Source: Methanoregula sp. (GTDB lineage Archaea > Halobacteriota > Methanomicrobia > Methanomicrobiales > Methanospirillaceae). From it: a DNA stretch of 64,000 nt. Below the pieces are notes generated by a model, which saw only the letters and a program-made list of their open reading frames with translations, did no database searches and was not told the origin of the DNA. Positions 52,218-61,580 of the stretch are shown here, piece after piece. The translations under genes and the position numbers were made by a program. Each line of letters opens with the position of its first letter. The stretch's first letter is position 1. The stretch lies in contig DATJBJ010000083.1 of assembly GCA_035515395.1 (NCBI GenBank), positions 25 to 64,024 of the forward strand, given 5' to 3'.

Positions 52218-53078
52218 TCAGTGAATGTTCCGGCGCAGGAGTTCTTTTACTTCCTGTTCTAATCCCCCGCGGGTCCTGATGTCCCGGACGGTATCGGCGC
52301 TGTCTACCAGGATCTGTCCGGACGGTTCGATACCGAGGTTTCCAAAGAAGGCAGAGACGACGCGGGTGACGCAGGTAAAATTGCCCCCGCCCCTGCGGCC
52401 GGCAACCGAAAAGAGGAGCCCCCGCTGCCCTGTTCGTCCGCCGGAGAGGATCCGCTCGGCGTGGTAAGCCTGAGTGCGGTCGATGAGGAGCTTGAGCCCG
52501 CCGGGTACGGTGTTCGTGTAGACCGGCGAGCAGATCGCAACGAGGGACGCGCCACGGATCGCACGGATGATCCCGGTCATGTCATCGTCAAAGACGCAGG
52601 TGCCGGTATTGAAGCACTGGTAACAGCCGATGCAGGGGCGGATGTCCATGTCATGGGGGTAGATGACCCGGGTCGTCCTGCCGGCGGTATGAGCAGCCTC
52701 TTCGGCCCACGAGGCAAGGATGCCGCAGTTCCCGTCGGGCCGGGGGCTCCCCTGGATGATGACCACCTCCGCGGCAGGGGCTTCTTCCGGTTCCGTTGCA
52801 GCACGGGGCCGGGCGGGGAACCGATCCGGGCGTTTGCGGATTTCCTGTTCCCATTCGTCCGCTTTCCTGAGGGCAACGGTCTCTGCAGCAATGGGCTCAA
52901 GCGCGGAATACTCGTACGTGTTGGTGCGGAACACGTCCAGTACCCGTCCCCCGGACGACACCGTGAGCGAAAACCTTACCATTCCCGGGTAGAGGGCCGA
53001 GAAGTCCTCGCGGCAGAGGGCCAGCGCAAACCCGCCGATCGCCACGCTGCGCAGGAGAGTCCTGACAGGCTCCATCAC
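52218..53078 (-). CDS. iron-sulfur flavoprotein (flavodoxin-like) with unknown N-terminal domain
   Basis: QGSPR.DGNC, PCIGCYQC....C...DDM, SPVY, LKLLIDR. Confidence 0.87.
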   Translation of the reverse strand: MMEPVRTLLRSVAIGGFALALCREDFSALYPGMVRFSLTVSSGGRVLDVFRTNTYEYSALEPIAAETVALRKADEWEQEIRKRPDRFPARPRAATEPEEAPAAEVVIIQGSPRPDGNCGILASWAEEAAHTAGRTTRVIYPHDMDIRPCIGCYQCFNTGTCVFDDDMTGIIRAIRGASLVAICSPVYTNTVPGGLKLLIDRTQAYHAERILSGGRTGQRGLLFSVAGRRGGGNFTCVTRVVSAFFGNLGIEPSGQILVDSADTVRDIRTRGGLEQEVKELLRRNIH

Positions 53079-53198
53079 GATCCTATCCCGCCCGATGCTA
53101 TTAAAAAGTGCCTGAGCAGGGATTCATCTCCCGATCCCGGTTTTTTACGCTTTTATACCCGGCAGCAGGATTGCCCTTGTCTTTGCTCAGGCAGACCC

Positions 53199-54032
53199 TC
53201 ACGTCACCACGGCGTTGCGGAACCGCCACCACGCGAGTCCGAACATGATCACGGTGAAGACGACCAGCGCGAGGTACGAGACCACGATGTCGCCGGGCGT
53301 GTACACGTAGTGCTTGCCGATCGCCATGAAGTCCGGGCCGATGGCGAAGTAGCGGATACCGTTGATGAGATAGGTCATCGGATTGTACGTGGACATCACC
53401 TTTAAAAATTCGGGGAAGGCGTCCATGGGGTAGAGGGCGTTGCTCGCAAAGAAGATCGGCATCGTCAGGAGCGTGATGACACCCTGGAGCCCTTCAGGGC
53501 TCTCCATCGAGATTGCAATCGCCGCCGAGAGGAAGAGGAACCCGAGGGCGAACATGGCCACGAAGGCGAGGATGCCGAGCACCGAGAATACGATCTGCAT
53601 GGGCGGGTACCCTGCGAAGAACCCGGCGCCCAGAAGGATCCCGAAGGCCATGATGATGATAGCCTGGATGAAGGACTTGGTGACCCCCGAGAGACCGATG
53701 CCGAAGATGATGTGGTTCCGGTTCATGGGGCTTGCGAGGATCTCCCGCATCAACCCCCAGTTCTTGTCGAAGAGGATGACGATCCCGCCGAAGAGGCTCG
53801 TGAAGAGCGTGGTCATCGCTATGATCCCGGCGGCCATGAAGGTGAGGTACCCGACGACACGGACGCCCGGCGGGGCCGGGATGCCGGCCAGGAGCCGGTC
53901 GAAGTTGGATGCCATCGCGATCCCGAAGAACGCGAGCCAGAGAGCGGGCTGGAGGAGCGAGGCGAAGAGGAGCGTCTTGAACCGGACGAACCGGATCATG
54001 TCGCGCCAGTAGATGGTGGAAAAGCCAGGCAT
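53199..54032 (-). CDS. ABC-2 type exporter permease
   Basis: QPALWL.FFG, G.MREILASP, P.FFASNALYP, NPMTY. Confidence 0.92.
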   Translation of the reverse strand: MPGFSTIYWRDMIRFVRFKTLLFASLLQPALWLAFFGIAMASNFDRLLAGIPAPPGVRVVGYLTFMAAGIIAMTTLFTSLFGGIVILFDKNWGLMREILASPMNRNHIIFGIGLSGVTKSFIQAIIIMAFGILLGAGFFAGYPPMQIVFSVLGILAFVAMFALGFLFLSAAIAISMESPEGLQGVITLLTMPIFFASNALYPMDAFPEFLKVMSTYNPMTYLINGIRYFAIGPDFMAIGKHYVYTPGDIVVSYLALVVFTVIMFGLAWWRFRNAVVT

Positions 54033-54033
54033 G

Positions 54034-55038
54034 TCAGCGGCCTCCGGGGAGCGTCGGCTCCTTTACCGCCGGCATCTCGGGGCTCCTGATCGATGGCTCG
54101 TCCCGGATCTCCTTGCCGGTGTAGAAGACAAAGACGTCGTCCATCGTGGGTTTTTTGAGGTTGATGGTGGAGATGGCGATCCCCCGGTTCCGGAGGGAGT
54201 CTATGACATCGGGCAGCAGTTTCGTCCCGTCGATGTTGACGATGAGGTTGAAGCCCCTGGTCTTGAGCTTGATGTCTTTTACCGGCGGCAGGTCGTGCAG
54301 GAGCCTGACCGCGAGCTCGTTGTTGTCGGTCTCGAGATAGATGATGTCGCGCCCGAGCGTGTTCTTGAGCATCCACGAGGTCCCGGTGATGACGATCTTC
54401 CCGTTGTCGATGATGCTGATCCGGTCGGAGAGGTGGTCAGCCTCGTCCATGTAATGCGTGGTGAGGAAGACGGTCGTCCCTTCGCTGTTGACCCCCTTGA
54501 TGTAGTCCCACATCTTCATCCGTGTCTGCGGGTCGAGGCCGATGGTCGGCTCATCGAGGAAGAGGACCTGCGGCCGTGTCATCAGCCCCCGGGCGATCTC
54601 GAGGCGCCGCTTCATCCCGCCCGAGAGGTTCTTGGTCTTCTCGTCCCGTTTTGCATGGAGCTGGACGAGGCCGAGCAGTTCCTCGATCCGCTTCCGCCGA
54701 TCTTCCTTTGGCATGTTGTAGAGCCGGCCGTGGAACTCGAGGATCTCCCAGACGGTCATGTCACGGTCGAGCGTGATGTCCTGAAAGACGATCCCGATCG
54801 ACTCGCGGACCATCTGCGGGTCTTTCGTCACGTCGTACCCCGCGACGATTGCCGTTCCTTTCTGGAGGGTGAGGAGGGTGATGAGCACGTTGATGGCAGT
54901 GCTCTTGCCGGCGCCGTTCGGGCCGAGGAACGAGAAGATCTCGCCTTTCTTTACGGAGAAGGTGATGCCGTCGACCGCCTTGAACTTCCCGTAGGAGTGC
55001 TCGAGGCCGGTGACCTGGATTATTTCATCGGGTGTCAC
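54034..55038 (-). CDS. ABC exporter ATP-binding protein (DrrA-like); GTG start proposed
   Basis: GPNGAGKST, LSGGMKRRLEIARGL, LDEPT.GLDPQTR, TTHYMDEA, C-terminal PTMDDVF. Confidence 0.93.
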   Translation of the reverse strand: MTPDEIIQVTGLEHSYGKFKAVDGITFSVKKGEIFSFLGPNGAGKSTAINVLITLLTLQKGTAIVAGYDVTKDPQMVRESIGIVFQDITLDRDMTVWEILEFHGRLYNMPKEDRRKRIEELLGLVQLHAKRDEKTKNLSGGMKRRLEIARGLMTRPQVLFLDEPTIGLDPQTRMKMWDYIKGVNSEGTTVFLTTHYMDEADHLSDRISIIDNGKIVITGTSWMLKNTLGRDIIYLETDNNELAVRLLHDLPPVKDIKLKTRGFNLIVNIDGTKLLPDVIDSLRNRGIAISTINLKKPTMDDVFVFYTGKEIRDEPSIRSPEMPAVKEPTLPGGR

Positions 55039-56006
55039 GATGGGTTCAAAGGTTGTGTGTGCGCGGGAGGGTGTAAAGGTTTTGGGATGGACGGGGGTTT
55101 TTCGTGGAGCGGAAATCCCGGGTTGGCGGGGAACCGGGGGGGAGCGGTTCTGGGTGATTTTAGGATTTGCCAAAAAGTGACCCGTAAAAAGAGATGAAAA
55201 TTAATCTGACTTGCGAAGAAATCAGCCCGCTGAATTCTTTTATTACTTGATTTATTCCCGGATCTGCTTCATCAGGGTTCATTGAAGTTATTACGGTATT
55301 AACTCTAATCGAGAACTTATAATTTTTATTAAGCAAAAAAAAAATCTGTTCCGGGAATGACGTTCATCCTGAATTATCAAAAAAAAGATTCATGGTTTTA
55401 AGTATGATGTTAAAACCAGAACTGAAGACCGGAATCAATTAATTTTTTCTCTCAGTCCCGGCTCATTCGGTCCAGACCTGATCATTGGAGCCCATTACAA
55501 AGATGTATTTTTCTCCGACGTAAAACTGTCCCTCTTTCGACTTCCGGCAGGTATCATACCCGGAGGAGGGGAAGAGTCCGCAGGGCTCTTCGACGGAGAA
55601 TATCACCTCTCCGACATGAACCCGATCTTCAGGAAGGCCCTTCTTTCCGTTTGGGGGGCACTATTGCCAGTTTTTACTGAGAAATGCCGGCCAAATAGCA
55701 ATAAAGAGGTATTTTTTAAAGCCCGATATGTGCCGTTTCCCGCCAAACGGACAGCGATACGGGGTTTTAAAAATTTCATGCGCAGAAATTCGATGAAAAA
55801 TGCGACTTTTTTCAGCTGCACACTATCCTGATCCGGAACTCTCCGTCGGAGAATGAGTATTTGAGGATCCCATTCCACCAACTGTCCCCGGGGATACCAT
55901 CCCCCCGGTATGACGGGTGTCCGTCGGTGCACCCCGAAACCTGCCCTTTTATGGGATAAGACCGGGACTCCTGGAGGGCGGGGCAATTGGTCATTGTTAA
56001 CCAAAA

Positions 56007-56457
56007 TATTTTCAATTCAGCGACTTCAATCAAAAAAAAATAGTATCAGCTCAAACAACTTCATTTCAAAAATAATTTCAACCCGGCAACTTTTGTTTTC
56101 AAAAAATAATTTCAACTCAACTGCTTCATTTTAAAAAAACAATTTCAGCTCAGCAGCTTCGTTTCGAAAAAAAAAAATGCTTTATAGAAATCCCCGCCAC
56201 GTGCAAAATTTCCGGGCCGGAGAATATCTTAGCGTGGTTATAATCAGGGCGATGCGGCCAGGGGCGCTTTCCGCCTCGTCGGGGCTCGCCCCGCGAAGAA
56301 TCCCTCGGATTCTTCGTATCCTCCGTGTCTGCGGACCAGTCGGACCGTGGAGCAAGGCGCGAATCAGCCCAAACAGGATCGTTTCAAAAAATAATTCCCG
56401 TCCAACATTTTCATCCCCAGAAAATATTTTCCGCTCAGCAGCTTCGTTTTAAAAAAA
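56007..56457. repeat. degenerate ~33-bp tandem repeat array (about 8 units, consensus TAATTTCAGCTCAGCAGCTTCGTTTCAAAAAAA) in two blocks
   Basis: units start at 56007, 56041, 56073, 56107, 56140, then about 56363 (partial), 56392 and 56425. Confidence 0.85.
56247..56370. other. GC-rich multi-hairpin element (candidate ncRNA or REP/MITE-like insertion)
   Basis: four stems including perfect CGAAGAATCC/GGATTCTTCG, with a possible closing stem. Confidence 0.55.
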
Positions 56458-56508
56458 TTAATCTCAATTAGAGGAAAAAAATCATGAAAAAATTAAAACA
56501 GGTATCGT

Positions 56509-57126
56509 TCACTCCACTTTCCTCCCGCTCATCAAAAACACCGTGAACGTCCCGGACGGCTTTGTCACGATCGCTGCGGTCCGGTTCCGGATCGAACCCA
56601 GGCCGGCTGATTCGAAGTACTTCTTCATCGAGCACCGGTCGAACCCGGCATGGAAGACTCCGTCGTTCGAGTCGTGGAATTTCCCTTCATCGCAGTCGAG
56701 ATCGGCAACCGCGAGCCGGCCCCCGGGCCGGACAAGGGTGGCGAGCCGGCCAAGAACCAGGCCGACATCGCGGAGGTGGTGGAAGGTCATGCTGCTCACC
56801 ACGATGTCGTACGAGCCTGAGGGAAGCTCCCCGCGTTCGACGTCCACGAGCTGCATGCTGACATTGGAGAGGTCCCTGTCCCGGACTTTCTTTTCGAGAA
56901 CAGCGAGCATCCCCGGTGCGGTGTCGATCCCCGTGATGGTCCGGACGAAGGGCTGGAGCCGGAGGGTCAGGAGGCCCGTCCCGCACCCGAAGTCCAGCAC
57001 GTCCATCTCAGGCGAGAGCGGGATCGTCTCCCGGATCGCCCGTGCAACGGAATCGGCCATCCTTACCCGGCCCGGCTCTTCGTCCCATGTTGCTGCTGCA
57101 GCATTGAAATCGCGTGTCACGGTCAC
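56509..57126 (-). CDS. class I SAM-dependent methyltransferase
   Basis: F...AATWD, VLDFGCGTG, YDIVVSSMTFHH, PGGRLAVADL. Confidence 0.92.
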   Translation of the reverse strand: MTVTRDFNAAAATWDEEPGRVRMADSVARAIRETIPLSPEMDVLDFGCGTGLLTLRLQPFVRTITGIDTAPGMLAVLEKKVRDRDLSNVSMQLVDVERGELPSGSYDIVVSSMTFHHLRDVGLVLGRLATLVRPGGRLAVADLDCDEGKFHDSNDGVFHAGFDRCSMKKYFESAGLGSIRNRTAAIVTKPSGTFTVFLMSGRKVE

Positions 57127-57327
57127 AAGTCTTCACCGGTATTTTGACGGAAGGGAAGAAATACCAAGCTGATCGATGCGGGTAACCGGTGCGAATTGTA
57201 AAAATAATTAAAAAAAGAGGGGGCCAACGGGCTGTCCCCCCGGGACCGGGATGGTTAATCCCGGGGGGGCCGGAGGAGATCAGGTGCTGTTTTTCTTCCG
57301 CCAGAGGCTCGCAGGGATCCGCAGATT

Positions 57328-58680
57328 TCAGGAGTGAAATCGGAAACGCCCATGACCCGGCACGGGAGCGGTCACGGATATATATCCCGGACGGGCCAGG
57401 GAATTCGATCCGTTACCGTTCGCGACCGTCAGGGATACCATATAGGTGCCTGCAGCAGTGTAGACATGGACCGGGTTCTGTGCGGCCGAGCCGGAACCGT
57501 CGCCGAACGACCAGATCCATGACCCAGGGGACCCGCTCGACGTATCGGTGAACCGGACGGTGAGCGGGGCAGTCCCGGACGTCGGCGTTGCCGTGAAGCC
57601 TGCGACCGGCAGGAACGGTGCCGTTACCGTGATGTACCCTGCCCGGGTCGTGACGTTCAGCCCGTAATCGTTCATGACGAGCAGGGAGACCGGGTAGGTC
57701 CCGGCAGCAGTATAGAGATGGACAGGGTTCTGGTCCCATGATCCGGTGCCGTCGCCGAACAACCAGCTCCAGCCATCCGGCGAACCGGTGGAAGTATCGC
57801 TGAACCGGACCGCAAGCGGAGCATTACCGCCCGTGACATTTGAGCTGAAACTTGCGAGCAGCAGGCCGGATGCCGGTGTTGTCGGTACGGTGGTGGGGAC
57901 AGTAGTGGGCGCTGTTGTGGGAACCGTGGTCGGTATTGTTGTAGGAACGGTTGTGGGCGCCGTAGTGGGCACGGAACCCGGTGTCGTATACGTGATGGTG
58001 AGCCTGGGGGCACCGGCGGAATAACTGCTCGTCTCCCAGTAGGCGAAGTACTGCGAACCCCATCCGGGATTGTGGGAATCGATGTCGTAACTTGCCCGGA
58101 CCATGAAGTTCGCGTAGTTCTTCCCGGGAACGATCGCCGCGAGCCCTGCGGGGTTCAGCGTGAAGACGTTATACCCGTACCGGTTGGTGCTGTCGAGGTT
58201 TGCGTAGCTGATGTCGGCGGTGTTGTACCGGGTTGTCCCGTTCCGCTGGAAGTCCGCTACGCCGATACTGCCTGCGGTCACGGGAGTGAATCCCGTGATC
58301 CCGAACGTCGGCGGGTTGTTATCCCAGTGGTTGTACTTGTTGTTCCCCGGAATATCCAGCGTGGCGGCCGTTACGGTCGCACCCGCGGGCAGCCCTGATA
58401 TGTCGAATATCAGGGCTTCCCTGTCGGTGTCCCACCAGGTATTCGTGGCCGCGGCGCACTTCACGCCGGCGTCACTGACGATGTCCCCATAGGTGATGGT
58501 GGCCGCCGGCCCCATGAGCGTCCCCGTCCAGGTTGTCGCCGTGGTCTCATTGAAGATCGTCGCCATCCGTGAGGAAGTCGTAGAGACGGTCAGTTGTCCT
58601 GAGCTGGCTGCGCCGGCCATACCTGCCATCATAAAAACAGCGATTGCACATGCCAGTACGATACGAAACGGATCTCTCAT
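57328..58680 (-). CDS. secreted PKD-domain protein with beta-sandwich N-domain and PT linker; C-terminus probably truncated
   Basis: signal peptide; FDISGLPAGATVTAATL; (PTTx)n linker; two PKD domains with WxFGDG..S..QNPVH.Y...GTY.VSL. Confidence 0.85.
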   Translation of the reverse strand: MRDPFRIVLACAIAVFMMAGMAGAASSGQLTVSTTSSRMATIFNETTATTWTGTLMGPAATITYGDIVSDAGVKCAAATNTWWDTDREALIFDISGLPAGATVTAATLDIPGNNKYNHWDNNPPTFGITGFTPVTAGSIGVADFQRNGTTRYNTADISYANLDSTNRYGYNVFTLNPAGLAAIVPGKNYANFMVRASYDIDSHNPGWGSQYFAYWETSSYSAGAPRLTITYTTPGSVPTTAPTTVPTTIPTTVPTTAPTTVPTTVPTTPASGLLLASFSSNVTGGNAPLAVRFSDTSTGSPDGWSWLFGDGTGSWDQNPVHLYTAAGTYPVSLLVMNDYGLNVTTRAGYITVTAPFLPVAGFTATPTSGTAPLTVRFTDTSSGSPGSWIWSFGDGSGSAAQNPVHVYTAAGTYMVSLTVANGNGSNSLARPGYISVTAPVPGHGRFRFHS

Positions 58681-59050
58681 GCTCACGGCTGAAACCCGGG
58701 GGATAATATTAATTTCGGAGCTGCCTGGTTCATCCATGGAACCGGAAAGGTACTTCTTTCCCGACAACGGAACCACGGTGACCGGCGTGCCTTCGGCCCT
58801 GATTTTCCGGGAGGGAAGGTCAAAAAGATCCCCGCGCAATGGGAGGGACGAAGTTCTGCGAGGAGTTTTCGGGAAAGGATGTCTGAATGGGACCCAATCC
58901 GATTATGCGATAAACCTGAATGCGATCCGGCCGGGTTTTTGTCATGAGCGGAATGATTCGGAAAATTTCAGGTCATCTTCAGCCGCACGGCATGGTCTTG
59001 CGGCTGCCCAACTATAGTTATTTGACACGGAGCGATCCAGACCTATATGA

Positions 59051-59413
59051 ATGTCGGTCGAGCCCGTGTTCCGGTACAAGCAGTGCCTTATCGTGAGGAA
59101 TGACGTGAAGATGAGTTGCGGCAAGAAGTGTGCCCAGGCAGCGCACGCGTCGATCGGGGCGTACAACAATGCGGATAAGATGCTCCAGAAGGCGTGGCTC
59201 TCGGAAGGCCAGAAGAAAGTGGTCCTGAAGGCAAACGACGAGCGGACTCTCCACGAGCTGAGGGTTATCGCGGAGCGCTCGGGGATCTCGCACTCCCTCG
59301 TCCAGGACGCGGGCATGACCGAGATCCCGCCGGGCACCATCACCGCGCTCGGGCTCGGGCCGGCGAAGAGCGAGGATCTTGACCGGATTACCGGGGCGCT
59401 CCCCCTCCTATGA
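59051..59413 (+). CDS. pth2: peptidyl-tRNA hydrolase Pth2
   Basis: KQCLIVRNDVKMSCGK..AQ.AHA, GQKKVVLK, DAG.TEIPPGT.TALG.GP. Confidence 0.96.
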   Translation: MSVEPVFRYKQCLIVRNDVKMSCGKKCAQAAHASIGAYNNADKMLQKAWLSEGQKKVVLKANDERTLHELRVIAERSGISHSLVQDAGMTEIPPGTITALGLGPAKSEDLDRITGALPLL

Positions 59414-60693
59414 GACCATCCCCCTGGCCTCTCGAACGCGAGCTCGGGATGCGCTGGTACGCGAGCGATGAGGACGGTATCGGCGGGAGCCTCCGCACGT
59501 CCCCGGGGGATTTCGTGGTCGAGGAGATCCCTCTGCCGGCAAAAGGCGGGTCGGAAGGCCCCTACCTCATCTGCCTCCTCACCAAGAAGAACTGGGAGCT
59601 CCAGCACGCGGTCAAGGAGATTGCAAAGCGGCTCGGCGTCAGCCACCGCCGGATCGGCTGGGCAGGGACCAAAGACCGGAACGCGGTTACCCGCCAGTGG
59701 ATCTCGCTCTACAATATCACGCCCGGGCAGGTGGCAGAGATCCGGTTGAAGGACATTACGCTTGAGCCGGTGAAGCAGGCGAACGAGGCCCTCTCCCTCG
59801 GCGATCTCGCAGGAAACCGGTTCGCGATTGCAATCCGCAACTGCACGGCAGCCGGCACAGCCGATCTTGCGATGCAGGTCGCCGGGATCGACCGGGCGGT
59901 CTCTGCCGGCGTCCCCAACTATTTCGGGATCCAGCGTTTCGGTGCCATCCGTCCGGTCACCCATGTCGTGGGTGAAGGGATACTGCGGGGGGATTACGAA
60001 CGGGCCGTGGCTACATACATCGGGAAGGAATTCCCGCTGGAGGCTGAGCATGTCAAAGAAGCCCGGAAGGCATGGCTGGAGAGCCGGGACGCGAAGGAGG
60101 CGCTCCGCACCCTCCCCGTCCAGATGGGGTACGAGCGGGCGATGCTCAGCTATCTCGCAACGCACGACGGCGATTATGCCGGGGCGCTCCTCGAACTGCC
60201 GCCCAGACTTCTCTCGATGTTCATCTCCGCCTTCCAGTCCTACATCTTCAACTGCGCCCTGAGCCGGCGGTTCGAGGACGGCCATTCGCTCACGGTGCCG
60301 GTCGAGGGGGATCGTCTCCTCTTCGCAAACGGCCGGACTGATACCGCGACAAAGGAAAATGCGCATGCCGTCTCGCTTCATATCGCGCGGGGGCGATGCG
60401 GGATCGCCCTCTTCATGCCGGGCAGGGCGCCGTTTTCCCCTACATCTCACGGCGAGCGTGCGACCGGGGCCCTCCTTGCGGAGTACGGGATCGCGCCCGC
60501 GGACTTTGCCGCCGCATCGGCGTTCGTGAAGACAAAATTCGACGGTGCGTGGCGCCCGATCAGCCTGGCGACGGCGATAGAATCGAAGGTTGAGGGGAAC
60601 GATGTCGCTCTCAGCTTCACTCTCCCACCGGGCCACTACGCAACTACGGTCTGCCGTGAGTTCATGAAGGCGGACCCGGTGAGGATGGTGTAA
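59410..60693 (+). CDS. truD: tRNA pseudouridine(13) synthase
   Basis: DFVVEEI, AGTKDRNAVTRQ, GNRF.I, PNYFG.QRFG, F.LPPG.YAT...RE. Confidence 0.96.
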   Translation: MRPSPWPLERELGMRWYASDEDGIGGSLRTSPGDFVVEEIPLPAKGGSEGPYLICLLTKKNWELQHAVKEIAKRLGVSHRRIGWAGTKDRNAVTRQWISLYNITPGQVAEIRLKDITLEPVKQANEALSLGDLAGNRFAIAIRNCTAAGTADLAMQVAGIDRAVSAGVPNYFGIQRFGAIRPVTHVVGEGILRGDYERAVATYIGKEFPLEAEHVKEARKAWLESRDAKEALRTLPVQMGYERAMLSYLATHDGDYAGALLELPPRLLSMFISAFQSYIFNCALSRRFEDGHSLTVPVEGDRLLFANGRTDTATKENAHAVSLHIARGRCGIALFMPGRAPFSPTSHGERATGALLAEYGIAPADFAAASAFVKTKFDGAWRPISLATAIESKVEGNDVALSFTLPPGHYATTVCREFMKADPVRMV

Positions 60694-60776
60694 TGAATCC
60701 TGGCTAAACACTCCGGAAAACCGGAGAGCCGGTACTCAAATAAAAACCGAAAAAAATTCCCCGGCAGAAACCGGCT

Positions 60777-61577
60777 TCACGCCCGTTTCCGCGCCAGCTC
60801 TTTTGCCCCGTTGATGGCATCGTTCAGGTTCCCGATCGCGTCCACGAGGTGGAGCTTCACGGCATCCGCGCCCCGGATAACCCTCCCGTCCTCGATGTCC
60901 GCCCGGTTGATGGGGCGCTGGGTAGTCACGTCGTTGATGAAGGTGGTGAAGCTCTCGTTGACGATCTGCTGGGCATACGCCTGTTCATCAACAGTCAGGG
61001 GCCGGGAAGGGTTTCCCATGTCCTTGAATGCCCCCGATTTGACGATGGTGGTGTTGTAGCCCTCGTCGTTGCTCCACTTGCTGATATCCGAGAACTCCCA
61101 GAGGACACCGATCGCCCCGGTGAACGTGTCCTGGTCCGCGTAGATCTTGTCCGCGTGCGAGCTGACGTAATACGCTGCACTCGTCGCCATGTCGCCCATG
61201 GAGACGACTACCGGCTTCTTGGTCTTGGCGTATTCCATGTCGCTGATGATCTCCTCGGCGCCGGCCGGGGTACCGCCCGGGCTGTTTACCCGGAGGACGA
61301 TCGCCTCGGTCATCGGGTCGTCCGCGGCGTCCCGGAGTTCCTTCCCCACCACCTCGCTCCCGATGGAGCTGCCGTCATCGACATTGCCGGAGACTATCGT
61401 CCCGTCCAGCCGGACCACCGCCACGCCCATCTGCTCCGCGTGGGCGACGTAAGAGGACGCGATGGCAATTGCGACGATAATGATCAGCAGGAATATGCCG
61501 ATCAAAAACCATTTCCGTCCCGGGTGCGGCTTTGCCTCCGGGTGGATTCCTCCGAGCGGTGTCACAGGGCCATCCAT
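60777..61577 (-). CDS. sppA: signal peptide peptidase SppA (S49)
   Basis: LRVNSPGG, KPVVVSMG..ATSAAYY, TGAIGV, KSG.FKD. Confidence 0.93.
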   Translation of the reverse strand: MDGPVTPLGGIHPEAKPHPGRKWFLIGIFLLIIIVAIAIASSYVAHAEQMGVAVVRLDGTIVSGNVDDGSSIGSEVVGKELRDAADDPMTEAIVLRVNSPGGTPAGAEEIISDMEYAKTKKPVVVSMGDMATSAAYYVSSHADKIYADQDTFTGAIGVLWEFSDISKWSNDEGYNTTIVKSGAFKDMGNPSRPLTVDEQAYAQQIVNESFTTFINDVTTQRPINRADIEDGRVIRGADAVKLHLVDAIGNLNDAINGAKELARKRA

Positions 61578-61580
61578 TGG

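Noticed and set aside
56007-56457. CRISPR array (TTTCAA-containing ~33-bp repeats)
   Set aside because: Units are contiguous and degenerate with no unique spacers, and there are no cas genes in the window
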